From: Azolla caroliniana
Lineage: Eukaryota; Plantae; Polypodiophyta
DNA: 64,000 bases
Assembly: GCA_043228905.1 (NCBI GenBank)
Contig: JBHGNT010000020.1
Coordinates: forward strand, 10,292,001-10,356,000
Reading direction: 5' to 3'
A program made the translations under genes and the position numbers. Of this stretch, positions 37,108 to 49,285 are shown in pieces (the first letter of the stretch is position 1; each line of letters opens with the position of its first letter). The notes under the pieces are model-generated. The model had not been told where the DNA came from. It saw only the letters and a list, made by a program, of their open reading frames with translations, and did not search any database.

Positions 37108-38710
37108 CTTTTATACTTGGTCTCTAAGGCATCCCTCACAGGTAAGCTGGCCCCATGGACATTGCTACTACATGAATTCGACTTCGAAATTTATCACCGA
37201 CCGGGTGTACAACACATAGTTGCCGACTATTTGAGTCGGTTAGAAACCGGCAAGACCGGTGACGGCATACCAGATGAGTTTTCAGATGCCGAACTGTTTA
37301 AAATTACAGCAGAAACCACGACAGATAGTACAGTTCCAGATGAGGACAAATGGCTAACGAACATGCATCAATTCTTAAGCACGGGACTACCTCCGAAAGA
37401 GATGAACAAAGACGAGCGGAAACGATTGGCGGTCCAAAGCCAACATTTTTGTTTATTACAGGACACCCTATACCACAAGGGAGCCGATGGAATATGGCGA
37501 AGAGCGGTGCGGAGCGATGAAAAGGACACCATATTACGGGAAGCACATTGCGGAGTCGTTGGAGGACACTATGTCGGTGAAGCTACAACAAGAAAGATAT
37601 GGTGCAGTGGGCTATGGTGGCCAATGACACTGAAAGATTCGGTCCGATATACGAAGGAATGTCATTTGTGTCAACAAATGGGCCAACCGACAGAATAGGC
37701 GCAGATGTGTCACCAGCCAGTACTACCTTTGGAACCATTTCAAAAATGGGGGTTGGACTTCATCGGACCATTCAAGCTACAAGCCATGTGAACCGGCAAC
37801 AGATACGTCATTGTCGATACGAATTATTGCACAAAGTGGTAGAGGCCAAGGCTTTGTGAGACAATACCGTAGCATCAACGACGAAGTTCCTTTACGAGTA
37901 CATCTAGTGCCGTTACGGATGTCCAATCGAATTAATTAGCGACCAGGGTGGACACTTCCTCGGTCAAGTAGTGGAGAGCCTAACAACGTTCTACGCGGTA
38001 GTACACAAGCGCAACACTCCGTACTACTCGCAGGCCAATGGATTGGCTGAGTCCACCAACAAGACACTATAGAACATCCTCCGGAAGATCGTCAACGAGA
38101 ACCAGACCGATTGGGACACGAAGTTGCACAGTGCATTATGGGCTTATCGAACGCGTATAAAACGAGCATCAGGACGACACCATTCCGGTTAGTGTTCGAA
38201 CTAGAAGCGGTGATGCCGATTGAATTTCAAGTACCAAGCTTACAAATATAGATCCGGGAGCGACTAAGTGAAAAGGAATCAAAGAAAATCCGATTGGCGG
38301 CACTATGTGAGCTGGAAGAGCATCAGATAGCGAGTATCATGCAGTTGGAACTAGAGCAGCGACAAAGGAAGGCATTCGTTGACCGGCACCAGAAGGGCAA
38401 TGAGAAGTTGTTCGGAATCGGCAAGCTGGTGCTTGTGTTTCAGACCCGAATGGGTAAGATGTCGGGCAAGCTACGGTTCCGGTGGACCAGACCATACTGG
38501 ATCACGTGAGAATTCAACAGTTCTTACCAGTTAGGCACGCTTGCCGGCGAAGTACTAGCCAAATGGGTAAATGGGTTCCAGCTTAAACCCTATTACGGGC
38601 CCATGCCACCAAACCCGTTCCATCAAGAGGAGACCGACGCGGTAACTGGAAGCGGCAAGCAATTGGCCGGCAACCAAGAGGAGTCGGTGTTACCAGATAA
38701 CCAGGACTAA
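37108..38710 (+). pseudogene. Ty3/gypsy (Athila/Tat-like) RNase H end plus integrase, disrupted
   Basis: LLLHEFDFEIYHRPGVQHIVADYLSRL, EAHCGVVGGH...CHLCQ, PFQKWGLDFIGP, SDQGGHF, QANGLAESTNK, KLRFRWTRPY, WVNGFQLKPY; stops and frameshifts. Confidence 0.92.
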
Positions 38711-38856
38711 TGCTTAGTTACTAAAAAAAAAAAACACATCATGCATAGGCGAGGAGTGAACGGGCACTTTGAAAAGGTGTGTGGTTGGTGGCTAATTAAA
38801 GCCTATTTAAAAGCCCACCATGTGTCAACTGACTGCTATAATAGTACACAACGTGC

Positions 38857-40508
38857 ATGCGCGGGAATCGAGAAAAGGCGCCAAGCATGGAGAGACAAAA
38901 CCTCCGCCTCACAGAGTCCCTCGCATTTCGCGAGAATAGAGCACTAAGTGCACACAAGCAATTAAGAGCGATCAGACGAACGCAAGAAGAACGCACATAC
39001 GTACCAATTCTACCAAGTCCAACAGACTCAGACGACGATATGGAACACATGGCACTCTCGGAAGCGGCCAAGAAATGGTTCAAGCAACACGGGTTGGAAG
39101 GGTTCCTAAGAATCGTTGAGGCACCTCCGCACGACGAGGCAGAGAAAGTCGTGCAAGAGATCGATACGGAGGTCATCACATAAGAGGCCATCTGCACCAT
39201 GACCAGCTTACCGGAGGGCGGAATATTCTCGATTGACAACCCTTCACCGGAGATGCTCACGAAGTTCTTCGGTGAGTACTCCCTGGCCAGCAAGGTGTAC
39301 TGCACACAAGACGACGAGGACGCTCTATTCTGAGAAGTCGCTCGTGTGCTTCATGAGTATGGGCATGTACACCCTTGACCCCCGGCTATGCCAAAGAATA
39401 GAGCCGGTTTGATTATAGCGATTTATGAGGGAGTACAGGTGGATTGGCCGGTGATCATCACTGATAGTCTGAGTGCAGCCATAGACTCAATAAAGGATGG
39501 CAAGAAGATGTGGACGGTGGTGGCGCAATGGCTCACTCTTTTAGCGCCACCGGTAGAGCCGATACAGTCGAAGATGGGGGGAGACCGACTGAATCAACCC
39601 CCAACCAATCTTTAAAAAGGCAGCAACTCTTGGCTAAACAAGTGATCGGATGGAAAGCGGTCGACTCCTCATAGAAGGCGAAGGAGCAGCCTAGTCGAAA
39701 GCGTACGGCAAAGAAGGAGACACCGGTGGAAACACCGGTGAAACCCTTAAAAATTAAGTTACGCCGGCCCGAACAACAATTGGAACAAGACCCCTTGGCA
39801 GGGTTAATCAATAGCAGAACCCTAGCAGAGGAGCAGGAAGAAGAACCTGTCGAGCCCCTATTACGTCGCAAACAGACACGCAGCGAGGGCCACAAAGGGG
39901 AGGAATCAAGTCTGGTAAGGGACAGTATACCAAAGCCCCACCCCGAGGAGCCGCAACTAAGGAAGGAGTCAGAACCGGTTCAACCAGATCCGGTGTTAGA
40001 AGCACCTGTGCGGCAGGAAATAGCGGAACCGGATGTTCAAAAACTGGTGATTGAATTGCCGGTGTCGCTGACGCAGCAGCAATAGCAAGACCAAGAATTG
40101 CTGCTAACTACCCAGAATAGGTTCCCGGCAAGTGAGGAAGCCACACCATGACCAGAACTGGCACGACAACAAAGCACCGGCAGCCAATGGCTACGGTGGA
40201 TAGGAGAACAAGTGGCCGGGGTGGTGTGCCACATACAAGTAGAAGAAAGAGCACACGTGAACCAGTTGCTCGCCACAACCGAAGAACTAGAGAAGGCCCA
40301 GTCAAGAATACGGAGCATGGAACAAGAAATGGAAAAGACCAGAGAAGAGGCGGCTAAGCTGGTCGTTGAAGGACCGAAACAATTAGAACCGGTGGCACCG
40401 GTGAGTGTTAAGAATAATAAGACCCCGGTGGCTAAAACAGTCTCGGATACGAATAAGGCACAAGAACAAGAACTCGTCACACTGAAGGAAGAATTGGGGC
40501 ACGACTAG
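38857..40508 (+). pseudogene. Extra sense-strand ORF downstream of integrase, disrupted and truncated
   Basis: ORF fragments WFKQHGLEGFLRI, GLIIAIYEGVQVDWPVII, then a Glu/Pro-rich and coiled-coil-like segment, directly after the integrase stop. Confidence 0.7.
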
Positions 40509-40930
40509 CCCTAACACAGGGTGTCCCTCTAGGACACTTCACCAAAGGCGTGGTGTAGTGGGGTAGGCGTAGACCGTGATACAAACGTATTCCTAACCGG
40601 CTACACGTGTAAGATAGATTCTATTAAGCACAGAACGGCAATTAACTAAAGCTTCAAGATTAAACAAGATGTAGAACAACAACACTTTCATTAATAAACC
40701 GCTATCTGATTACAATCTCACCGGGTCCTTTTATAGGTCATCGACTCTAGGTACGAACCGGTGCCAACCGACAACCGACCATGAACCGGTCCGGATCCAG
40801 ATCGGCATACCAATTCTGGGTCCGTCCGTTCGCTTCTCAAAATATATAATAATTATAGGTAACAACTCCTGGTTCTAAAATAATTATCCCTTTCCCATTC
40901 TGGACTTTATCCGGTTTTTAAGTCTTTGTC
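40507..40930 (-). mobile_element. Truncated LTR fragment in reverse orientation
   Basis: Minus strand starts TGACAAAGAC at 40930 and has CTATAAAAGG near 40737. It joins two unrelated coding remnants abruptly. Confidence 0.5.
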
Positions 40931-42381
40931 AGTCAACAACCGACAACTGCACTTTCGAGCACTGAGACCGAGTATCGAGGAGCAGATGTCGCGACATGCG
41001 AAGCCATATGGCTCAAGAGGCTCCTAAAGAATCTGCATGTGGAGGTATCTGATATTATGGTGATCTATTGCGATAACTTCAACAACATCCATTTGGCTAA
41101 GAACCTCGTCTTTCACACCCGGAAAAAGCACATTAAGGTGCACTACCATTTTGTCCGAGAGTGCGTTCTCTCCGATGAAGTGGAACTGCTACATGTTCCG
41201 ACGGATCTACAGGTCGCCGATATCTTCGCCAAACCCCTCGGCTTAGACAAGTTGCGACAATTTTCCAGTGCACTGGGTGTGCAATACCTCGATATGCCGA
41301 ACTTGAGGGGAGGAATGAGAAAGATGACCGGGAAGTTGAGTCAGAAACCGACTTCAATTTCGGCCCGACTGAAGAAGTCGGACTGCACGGGACGATTGAA
41401 GAAGTCGAGATCGGACGCAGGGGAAGCCAGTGGAACGGAGTGCCCAAGCATGAGCCAACCGAACAAGGGGGAGGTCAAACCAAGAAGGGCATGAAGACCA
41501 AGACACGGACGTGGGCCAATGTCGTGAAAGGTCTAGGAATAGAAGACGGATTAGAGATAACCAATTCGGACAAGAGCTGGAACGAGTCGGAAGCAGCCGA
41601 TTCTGACAAAGAGTTTGATTCGGAGGAGCCGGATCAACTCAAGGCCAAACGGACGAGGAGACAACGGAAGTCGACATCGATATGGAGGGACCGACGGGTC
41701 GAGAAGCGTCGAAGTCGCAATAGCGAAGGAGTTGAGAAGGGCCTTATGAGCATACAAGCCGACCAAGAAGGTTGAGGAGCGCGGAACCGGACGGGTCGAA
41801 GGAAGCAAAACCGCACCAGACAAGGAGTGTGAGTTGGGTGGGAGGACGCCAGGAGGAGCTAGAGGAGAGGACCGTCTACCGCTGACACTGACACTGCGAT
41901 CCGACCTCAAGTTGAGCTTGAGGGGGAGTGTTGAGCGAACAAGCTCAGCCGGATCCGGATCGGCTGAACAAGCCAGAGCCGGATCGGGGTCCGGAACGAA
42001 GAACCGGATCGGTGTCCGAATGGTATCTGGAACCAGGATCTGGATCAGATCGTAACCAGTAGGCCGTCAGAGGCCTACGAATCTAGCCTAGTACGTAGGC
42101 ATATTTTTGGGAGTCATTGTTAGTCGCTTGTATGAGCATTGAAGTACATGTCAGTACTTCTATCAGTCCTTTTAAGGACTTGTGTAAAAGGTGTTATTTT
42201 TTAATTGATATTATTCTGTTTTGCTCTCTTTGTCTCTCCCGTGTAAGGTTTCCATTAAACCTGTGTTTATATTCTTTAGCTATCCGGACGAGCCAGTTTT
42301 GTCAAAGCTTCTGCAATCATATTCTTTTACACGAGTTAATGAAGAGAGAGGGTGACCTTATATAAAGCACCCTCTTCCTAC

Positions 42382-43161
42382 TGTTGGGAGACAGGTCCCT
42401 CCGGATGGGAAGGGAGAAGAACAGTGTTGATGAGCAAACTCGGCCGAAACTGGATGAGGAGTACCCGGCTTCGGAGAGCCGGATGGTGCAGACCCGGTGA
42501 GAACCGGATGAGGAGTACCCGGCTACGGAGAGCCGGAAGGAGCAGACCCGGTGAGAACCGGATGAGGAGTACCCGATTACGGAGAGCCAGATGGAGCAGA
42601 CCTAGTGAGAACCGGATGAGGAGTACCCGGTTACGGAGAGCCGGATGGTGCAGACCCAGTGAGAACCGGATGAGGAGTACCCGGCTACGGAGAGCCGGAT
42701 GGTGCAGACCCGGTGAGGAGTGCTCACCGGATGGAGAGACATATTCGTAAATATGTTTCTGAGAGTCCATCGAGGCTATATTTGTAAATAGTCGAAAAGT
42801 CATATTAGTATAAATATGACTTAGGGCAAACTCATTGTGTGCGATGTAGAGTTGTTGTCATTCTTTGTTGGCGAGAAAAGAGAGAGAGCGTGTAACATTG
42901 TATAGAGAGAGAGAGAGAGAGAAAGAGGTCGTTGCCCCTGTTGTAACCGCCGCCTGTGGCAAAGATCGTGAGCACGAGGTCGTTGCCTCTGTGAACTCAC
43001 TGTTGTACATTCTAACATAGTGATAGCTTGCAGCCTGTGGGTTGCCGTGGTTTTTCCCTTAGTTTGGGTTTTCCACGTAAACATCCTGTGTACTCTTCTC
43101 TTCTTCGTGTCGTGCATTATTTCCCGTTTTCTGTGTATGATTCTAAGCTCGGTTGTGGCCG
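42382..43161 (+). mobile_element. Nested, 3'-truncated LTR related to the solo LTR at 26181
   Basis: Starts TGTTGGGAGACAGG. Shares GGCTATATTTGTAAATAG, GAGGTCGTTGCCCC, CCGTGGTTTTTCCCTT, TTTCCACGTAAA and GGTTGTGGCCG with 26181-26775. Confidence 0.8.
42445..42717 (+). repeat. 54-bp tandem repeat x5 inside the nested LTR
   Basis: Unit GAGAACCGGATGAGGAGTACCCGGCTACGGAGAGCCGGATGGTGCAGACCCGGT. Confidence 0.95.
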
Positions 43162-43441
43162 AGCGTTGCGCATAAGGAGCGTTCTAGTTCCCGTCACCTA
43201 CTTCATAGAGAGTCGGTTGTTGCTCCTTGTAATGCTACATATTCTCCTTGTTAATGTACACCTTCTTCTTGAGTACTTCATTTTTCTCTTATCTAACTTG
43301 TGTCTCTCTTTTCTCCTCTCCTCTCCTCTTCACACACACACACACACACACACACATAACACACATCTCTTCCGTTGCACAAAATCATATTTGGTTCTTT
43401 ACACTTCTATATGTGAGAGTGGGATGTGTTGTCCCCGTACA

Positions 43442-46400
43442 CCAATATCACCAGCATTCAAAAAAAGAAATCATTACCTCAACAAAAAATTGAAATAGGA
43501 AAGGAGCCAACTGACAACCTTGGCAAACTGATCGAGAAATAGGAAACAAAGGTCCATAATTCCCAGCCAATAAGACTAGGTTTTGTGCAGAATCATTTAA
43601 GGAAGAAATACCTTTTATCCATTCTATCAAGAAACCAAAATGAGCCAATACACCTTGTAAAAATTCCCAATCAACACGGTCATAAGCTTTCTCAAAATCA
43701 AGCATAACAATGGCCAACTTTTGATTAGATTTGGCTGCCAAGGCAGCAAATTCCCAAAATGTATAAACATTATCCAAAATGCCCCTTTCCCGAATGAATC
43801 CTATTTGAGTCGGATGTATAACTATAGGCATTATAGTACTAAGTCGTATACTAATTGCTTTAGCTAGGATTTTATACACCGTATTCGGTAATGTAATCGG
43901 GTGCCATTTCTTGATGTCTAGTGAATGACCTTTTGATTTAGGGATAAGGTAAATTAGTCCTTCTATAAAATGTGAAGGCATATTACACTCTCGAAGAATT
44001 TGTTGGAATGTTGTACATAAATCTGCTTTGAACAAGTCCCAATATTTAATGAAGAATGTTGGAGTTAAACCATCCATACCTGGACAACAATTTTTCGGCA
44101 AAACCTGGAGTGTTTCACTCAATTCTTCATTAAGTAAGAACGTCTTGAAGACTAACATTCATATCTTGTGTTATTCTTGAACTAAACTTATTCCATACAC
44201 AAGACCGACTTATTACATCCTCATCGGAGAAGGAAATAGTTGGTAATAGGTTGGAATAGTATCTTGTGGCTATTTCTCTCATCACTTAAGGGTCAGATGA
44301 GATGCCTCCACTCTCATGTTGTAGTCGTTAGAGTGAAATCGCATTATGATTGGGTCTCATTGCATGATAAAATTCAATTGTGCATTTATCACCCATTTTG
44401 GTCCAATTAGCTGCCCTATGATGATATTGAAATTCTACACGCTTTTCTAATAGTGCAACAAGTTCTTGTGTTGTTGACCCAAGTTTCTCAGCAATCTAAG
44501 TACAATGTGGATATCGTTCTTGTAATCGTTGTAGAGAAACAAGAGAAGTACGAGACCATTTCTCCTTTTCTTGTAGCATAGAAAACCTCTCCTTGGATTT
44601 ACACCTGAAAAATTCGGAAATACATCATAAGCCATTAGCTACCCGCATAGCCATTGATTTTTGTACAACATCTTTTTGAGACCATAATTCAGCCATTTGT
44701 AAGGAAAAGCCATTGTCTAACAATAGATTTTCAGAAATCTTCAGATTGGAAAATTCTTTAAGGTTTCAAGTCAAGATTGAAAGAATAACTAGAGAATGAT
44801 CATAGAAAGTCGTTCCTGACATTATATGTATTGTACCAGTTGCTAAAATAAATTTGGCAGATACGTAGAATCTATCCAAACGAGATAAATTAGTACCATT
44901 TACATGCCTATCTGATATTGAAAACAAAAGTGAGGTGTTTGTATAAACTATCGAAGGAGTGTGCCAAGCATCTAACATTTGTAAGGAAAACACAAATTGT
45001 TCTGACATTGCTAATTCATGGCCATGTATCGTGGTTGAGCTACCTCCCATTCTATCAATGGGGTCCTCAAGCATGTTGAAATCACCAACAATACACCAAT
45101 GATTAAGGGGAGGCATATTATTTAATAATTCTTTCCAAAATTGTTGTCAAGCAAAGGCAGTATTGAGAGCATATATATTCAAAAGTCCCCATGTAATCTC
45201 TCCCCCTTGCATAATAACATATTGAACCCTTCCAGGGATAACCATTTCTTTTTGGATAATGGATGGAATCCACCTCTGAGAAATAGCCATACAAACCCCA
45301 CCACAGACTTCCGTGTTGCCTACTACGGGGGACCAAAACATGTCCCAGTTTCCGGATAAAATAGAACCATAACGAGAAATTCTAAAAGTATTTAAATGAT
45401 GTTCTTGTATTGAAAGAAAATCTCTTGACAGAGATTATGTTTGTATCGTCTATATAAGGGCCCCCCTAACCCCTGAACATTCCATGATATCACTCGCATT
45501 TAAGGAAACTTAGGTTATTGTCACACCATTTTCATGTTTTTCGCTAACGGCTCCAGATTGGCCTCATTGCTATCGTGCTCACTACTTATCGAACATGATA
45601 AAGGTATCGCATCACGTACCATTCTATAATGATGATGAGCTTTAGCTAATACTTGACCTTCCGATAATCAATCTTCATGAATATAGGTATATCCACAATT
45701 TGGAAGGATCTCAAAGTCTACGGAGACAACCACCTGCCTCCGCTCCATCACATTAGACATTGGCATAAGTTGTATAGTTGTTGCCTCAAGTCCCCTTAAT
45801 ATTACTTCCCCTAAATTGTCACAATTAACATATTTTGCGAAGTGTAATGTTTGTTGTCTAATAACCAATCAAACACCCATTGCCACCCATGTTTGTTTAT
45901 CATATCCACAAAAAGGAAAATAAAATCCTACAAGAGATTGCATCCTCTTGAAAAGAACATGAACATGTATTGATGCATCGCCATTATCAACCATGTATCC
46001 CAAAAAATTCAAAAACTCAAACCCATATGTGGCATTCCATCGAATGACTGCAAAATCACAAGTATTTTCTACTTGACATTTTATCGGGATTGTGCGAATG
46101 AAGTTCGCATTTAACCCTCTCAAACTAGACGATCATTTTATAGATCTATGAAGGGGTTGCGATGTATTACTCGAGTTCAAATGTTGTTTACTTGATACCC
46201 TTGTTGCTTTACTTTGAGTGGTCATAGCAAGATTATGGATTGATTCAGTCTCTTCTCCACTAGGAGTAGATTGTTTAGAAACATTACTAATTTGTCATAT
46301 CTGAACATCATTTTGAGACAAAAAGTTATCTAATTCCTGCATGGCATCATAGCGACCTATACTTACATGAGAATCCTTAGATTTTATGCACATATTGGGT

Positions 46401-47400
46401 ATTGAGTGTCGCTTTTCAATTGGTCTCCACATCTCATCCTTGGATGGTTGAATACTTTTCCCCTTATCATCCTTGGAGGGCTGAACATTTTTCCCTTTCT
46501 CAGTTCCCTCAACTAGATGTGATTTTTGACTCTTATCCAAGTTAACATGGTTAACATCTACATGCATATTACTTGTACCATTATAGGGTCTAAATCCCTT
46601 CTTCTTTTTTTGGACAATATTTCACTGCGTGGCCTTTCTGTTTACAATAAAAACATTGTCCAGGCATACCTTCATACTCTAAATTTTGCATGAACATCAA
46701 ATTCCCAGTGAGTGATGGTAAAAGTACCCGAATAGGTAAATTTTCCATTGGGGGAACTAATATTCGAATTGATGGGTATCCTGTTAGCTTTGTTTCTAAG
46801 GCCTCCTCGCGGGGAGGAAGAACCATGTTGATTCTTGATGTGATTGATGGGAGTACAACCATGTATTCCTTAGGGATTCTCGAGAAAACCACGGAAATTG
46901 GGGTTAGACGATGCCCCAAATTCAACAATTCGACAGGATCAAAGCATGGTTTCCACGACACAAAACAAGCAATTGCATTCCAAATATGGATCATATTTGC
47001 ATTCAACATTACTACAATGGATTCGACTGTATCCAATTCTAGATGATAGAAGTCATGTCTAAGAAATTGCACATCAACGATTTTTCTGATCCTATGTTGC
47101 AAAGCCGCCTGGAGGAGATCTCTCAAATCTCCTCTATTTGGCCTTAAACCTATAACCCTATACACTATTGAGTAGGAATGTAGACGACTTACCTCTCTTT
47201 TTAACATCACTTCTTCTTCCGGTGTGAAGACGACGATGGAGACCGACCGTGGAGGAGTTGTCAGGGGTGTTGCATTAGAGTTCCCATGGTGTATCGTGTC
47301 AACCAGTCCTCTTCCTCGTCGTCTACAACGATTTGCGCAACATTCTTTCACCATTCGCTGTCTGTTTTTTCCTCTCTTTGAAATATGACGATGGTAGGTT
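43442..47400 (-). mobile_element. L1-type LINE, degenerate and 3'-truncated: ORF1 47354-~45506, ORF2 from 45499
   Basis: ORF1 has a DUF4283-like region and CFYCKQKGHAVKYC. ORF2 has MRVISWNV, LLNIYA, WCIVGDFN, SRLDRFY, DHS, CPGMDG, WHPITL, LDFEKAYDRVDW and VCQGCQLAPFLF. Confidence 0.92.
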
Positions 47401-48404
47401 CTCGACCTTCACTTGAGAAGGATACATGCACCCTCATGATCCATTGCATAAAGCATCTTCCAATTATGGTTTCATGCCATGAAACAATATTGGATGCCTA
47501 AACTTTTCGTTGGTTGGTCATGTGGCCATGTTTGTTCGTTTGGCATCAAATTGTACTTGTTAATATAATACCCACTACATAAAATGGCACAAAGGGAGGG
47601 AATGATATGTAATTGTATGAGATTATATACATGGAGCATGGTGGCATATATGTAAGTTAAAAGGAAACTTTATCGTTAGTTATTGCTAGTGATTTGTTGA
47701 TACCTTGTTGTCGTAGGAGTTATAACGATGTCAACTAGTCTTCAACACCTAGTACATTGCCATAAGTGTATTGCCATTTAAAAAAAATGTGTACTACTTT
47801 TACGAGTAAAATATACTATATTTACGAGAGAGACAATCGGTAAGGTTGGTTGATGGAGACCAGAAGATCATGCATTCAACCCTTTGCAGTGGCATCTAAT
47901 AAAGTCGTTTTGTAAAAGAGATTTGGACTTTGGTGCATAGAGTTAATAAAAAGGCATTGCCGGTCACCGTGATACAACTCGAACAAAAGGAAGACAAATG
48001 AAGAGCTATTTTCGGCAATTTTACAAAGGGGAAAACTCCAAAATACCCTCGATCTTTTGATTTATTTATGCAAAGGCCCCCACTTTGTTGTCTCCCAATA
48101 GTGCTAGATAAAGCCCCAAATGTGCTAAACATGGGATGGATTGACCAGGCAGTTGCTCTCTTGACACCTATTATTAAGAAGAGGAGGGACAAATGGACCA
48201 CATGCTAGCATAAATAACACGTGCATTTGCTTAGTAGGGAGGTTAACAGAGGGTGTTTGGAGAAATGTCGAAAAGAGAGAGGGAGTTTGGGAAACAATGA
48301 ACAACAAAATACAGTTGGGAAAGTAACGAGCAACTCAAGGTATTTATTTCCGAGTAGCTTGCGCTTTGGGAGATTCGTGAAAATACATAACAAGGCGTGC
48401 GCGT

Positions 48405-48468
48405 ACAAATGCATGCATGTATGTACGTAACATACATATCTATGTATCTATGTGTTTGTATATATGCA

Positions 48469-48505
<37 letters not shown>

Positions 48506-48588
48506 GTAATGTCATATCAATGCATGCATGTATGTGTTTGTTATGCATGCATGTGTTTTGTACATACATACATACATACATACATACA

Positions 48589-48619
<31 letters not shown>

Positions 48620-48955
48620 GTACAAACATACATACATAGATACATACATAAATACATATGTACACACATAGATACATAGATACATAGATACATACAGACA
48701 TATATACATACATACATACATACATACATACATACATACATACATGGCATACATGGCATACATGGCATACATGGCATACATACATACGTACAAGGCATAC
48801 ATACATACGTACAAGGCATACATACATACGTACATGGCATACATACATGCATGGCATACATACATGCATGGCATACATACATACATACATACATACATGG
48901 CATATGTATATACATACATGGCATATGTATATACATACATGCATACATACATAGA
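48405..48955. repeat. Compound microsatellite (TG)n / (TACA)n / (CATACATGG)n
   Basis: Directly visible; it produces the low-complexity MYVCMYVC ORFs. Confidence 0.95.
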
Positions 48956-49014
48956 GATGTGTGGACAAAAGGAGAATGGCTTGGGATGGGCGGCAGACAA
49001 ATGTGAACAGACAG

Positions 49015-49016
49015 CG

Positions 49017-49052
<36 letters not shown>

Positions 49053-49237
49053 AAGAGAGTGGGAGAGTGGAGATCAGGGTTTGAGCTCAGACTCAAAACT
49101 CAGACCCAAGAATAGGGTTAGGGTTAGGGTTAGGGTTAGGGTTAGAGTTTATCGTGCTTATTTCTCTCTCCATTTCCTCCATCTGCCGTCGTTCCTTCCT
49201 CGATCTATTTCAACGTTCCCCGGTTTCCCTCTTCCAG
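49015..49237 (+). promoter_or_regulatory. Probable TSS region and first non-coding exon of CK2-beta, with (GA)n and a TTAGGG array
   Basis: (GA)n at 49017-49060, TTAGGG array at 49113-49145, then a pyrimidine-rich stretch and CAG|GTATGT donor at 49237/49238, followed by T-rich intron-like sequence. The link to CK2-beta is inferred. Confidence 0.55.
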
Positions 49238-49254
49238 GTATGTCCTCAATCTTC

Positions 49255-49285
<31 letters not shown>

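Larger units (their letters stand above)
40931..43441 (+). mobile_element. 3' half of a Ty1/copia element: RNase H, extra 3' region, PPT, and 3' LTR 41929-~43441 with nested LTR
   Basis: QPTTALSSTETEY...IYCDN...FHTRKKHIKVHYHFVRE...QVADIFAKPL; PPT TTGAGGGGGAG followed by TGTTGAG at 41929; probable end CCCCGTACA at 43441. Confidence 0.85.

Noticed and set aside
42352-42803. Repeat proteins on both strands (ENRMRSTRLRRAG / SPGLHHPALRSRVLL)
   Set aside because: By-product of a 54-bp tandem repeat inside an LTR.
27260-43441. One giant copia element bounded by the LTRs at 27260 and 41929
   Set aside because: The two LTRs share only short motifs and differ greatly in between; no matching TSD (GTCAG versus CCAAT).
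48243-49115. ORFs of 120-240 aa rich in MYVC / HTYI
   Set aside because: Translations of a (TACA)n microsatellite.
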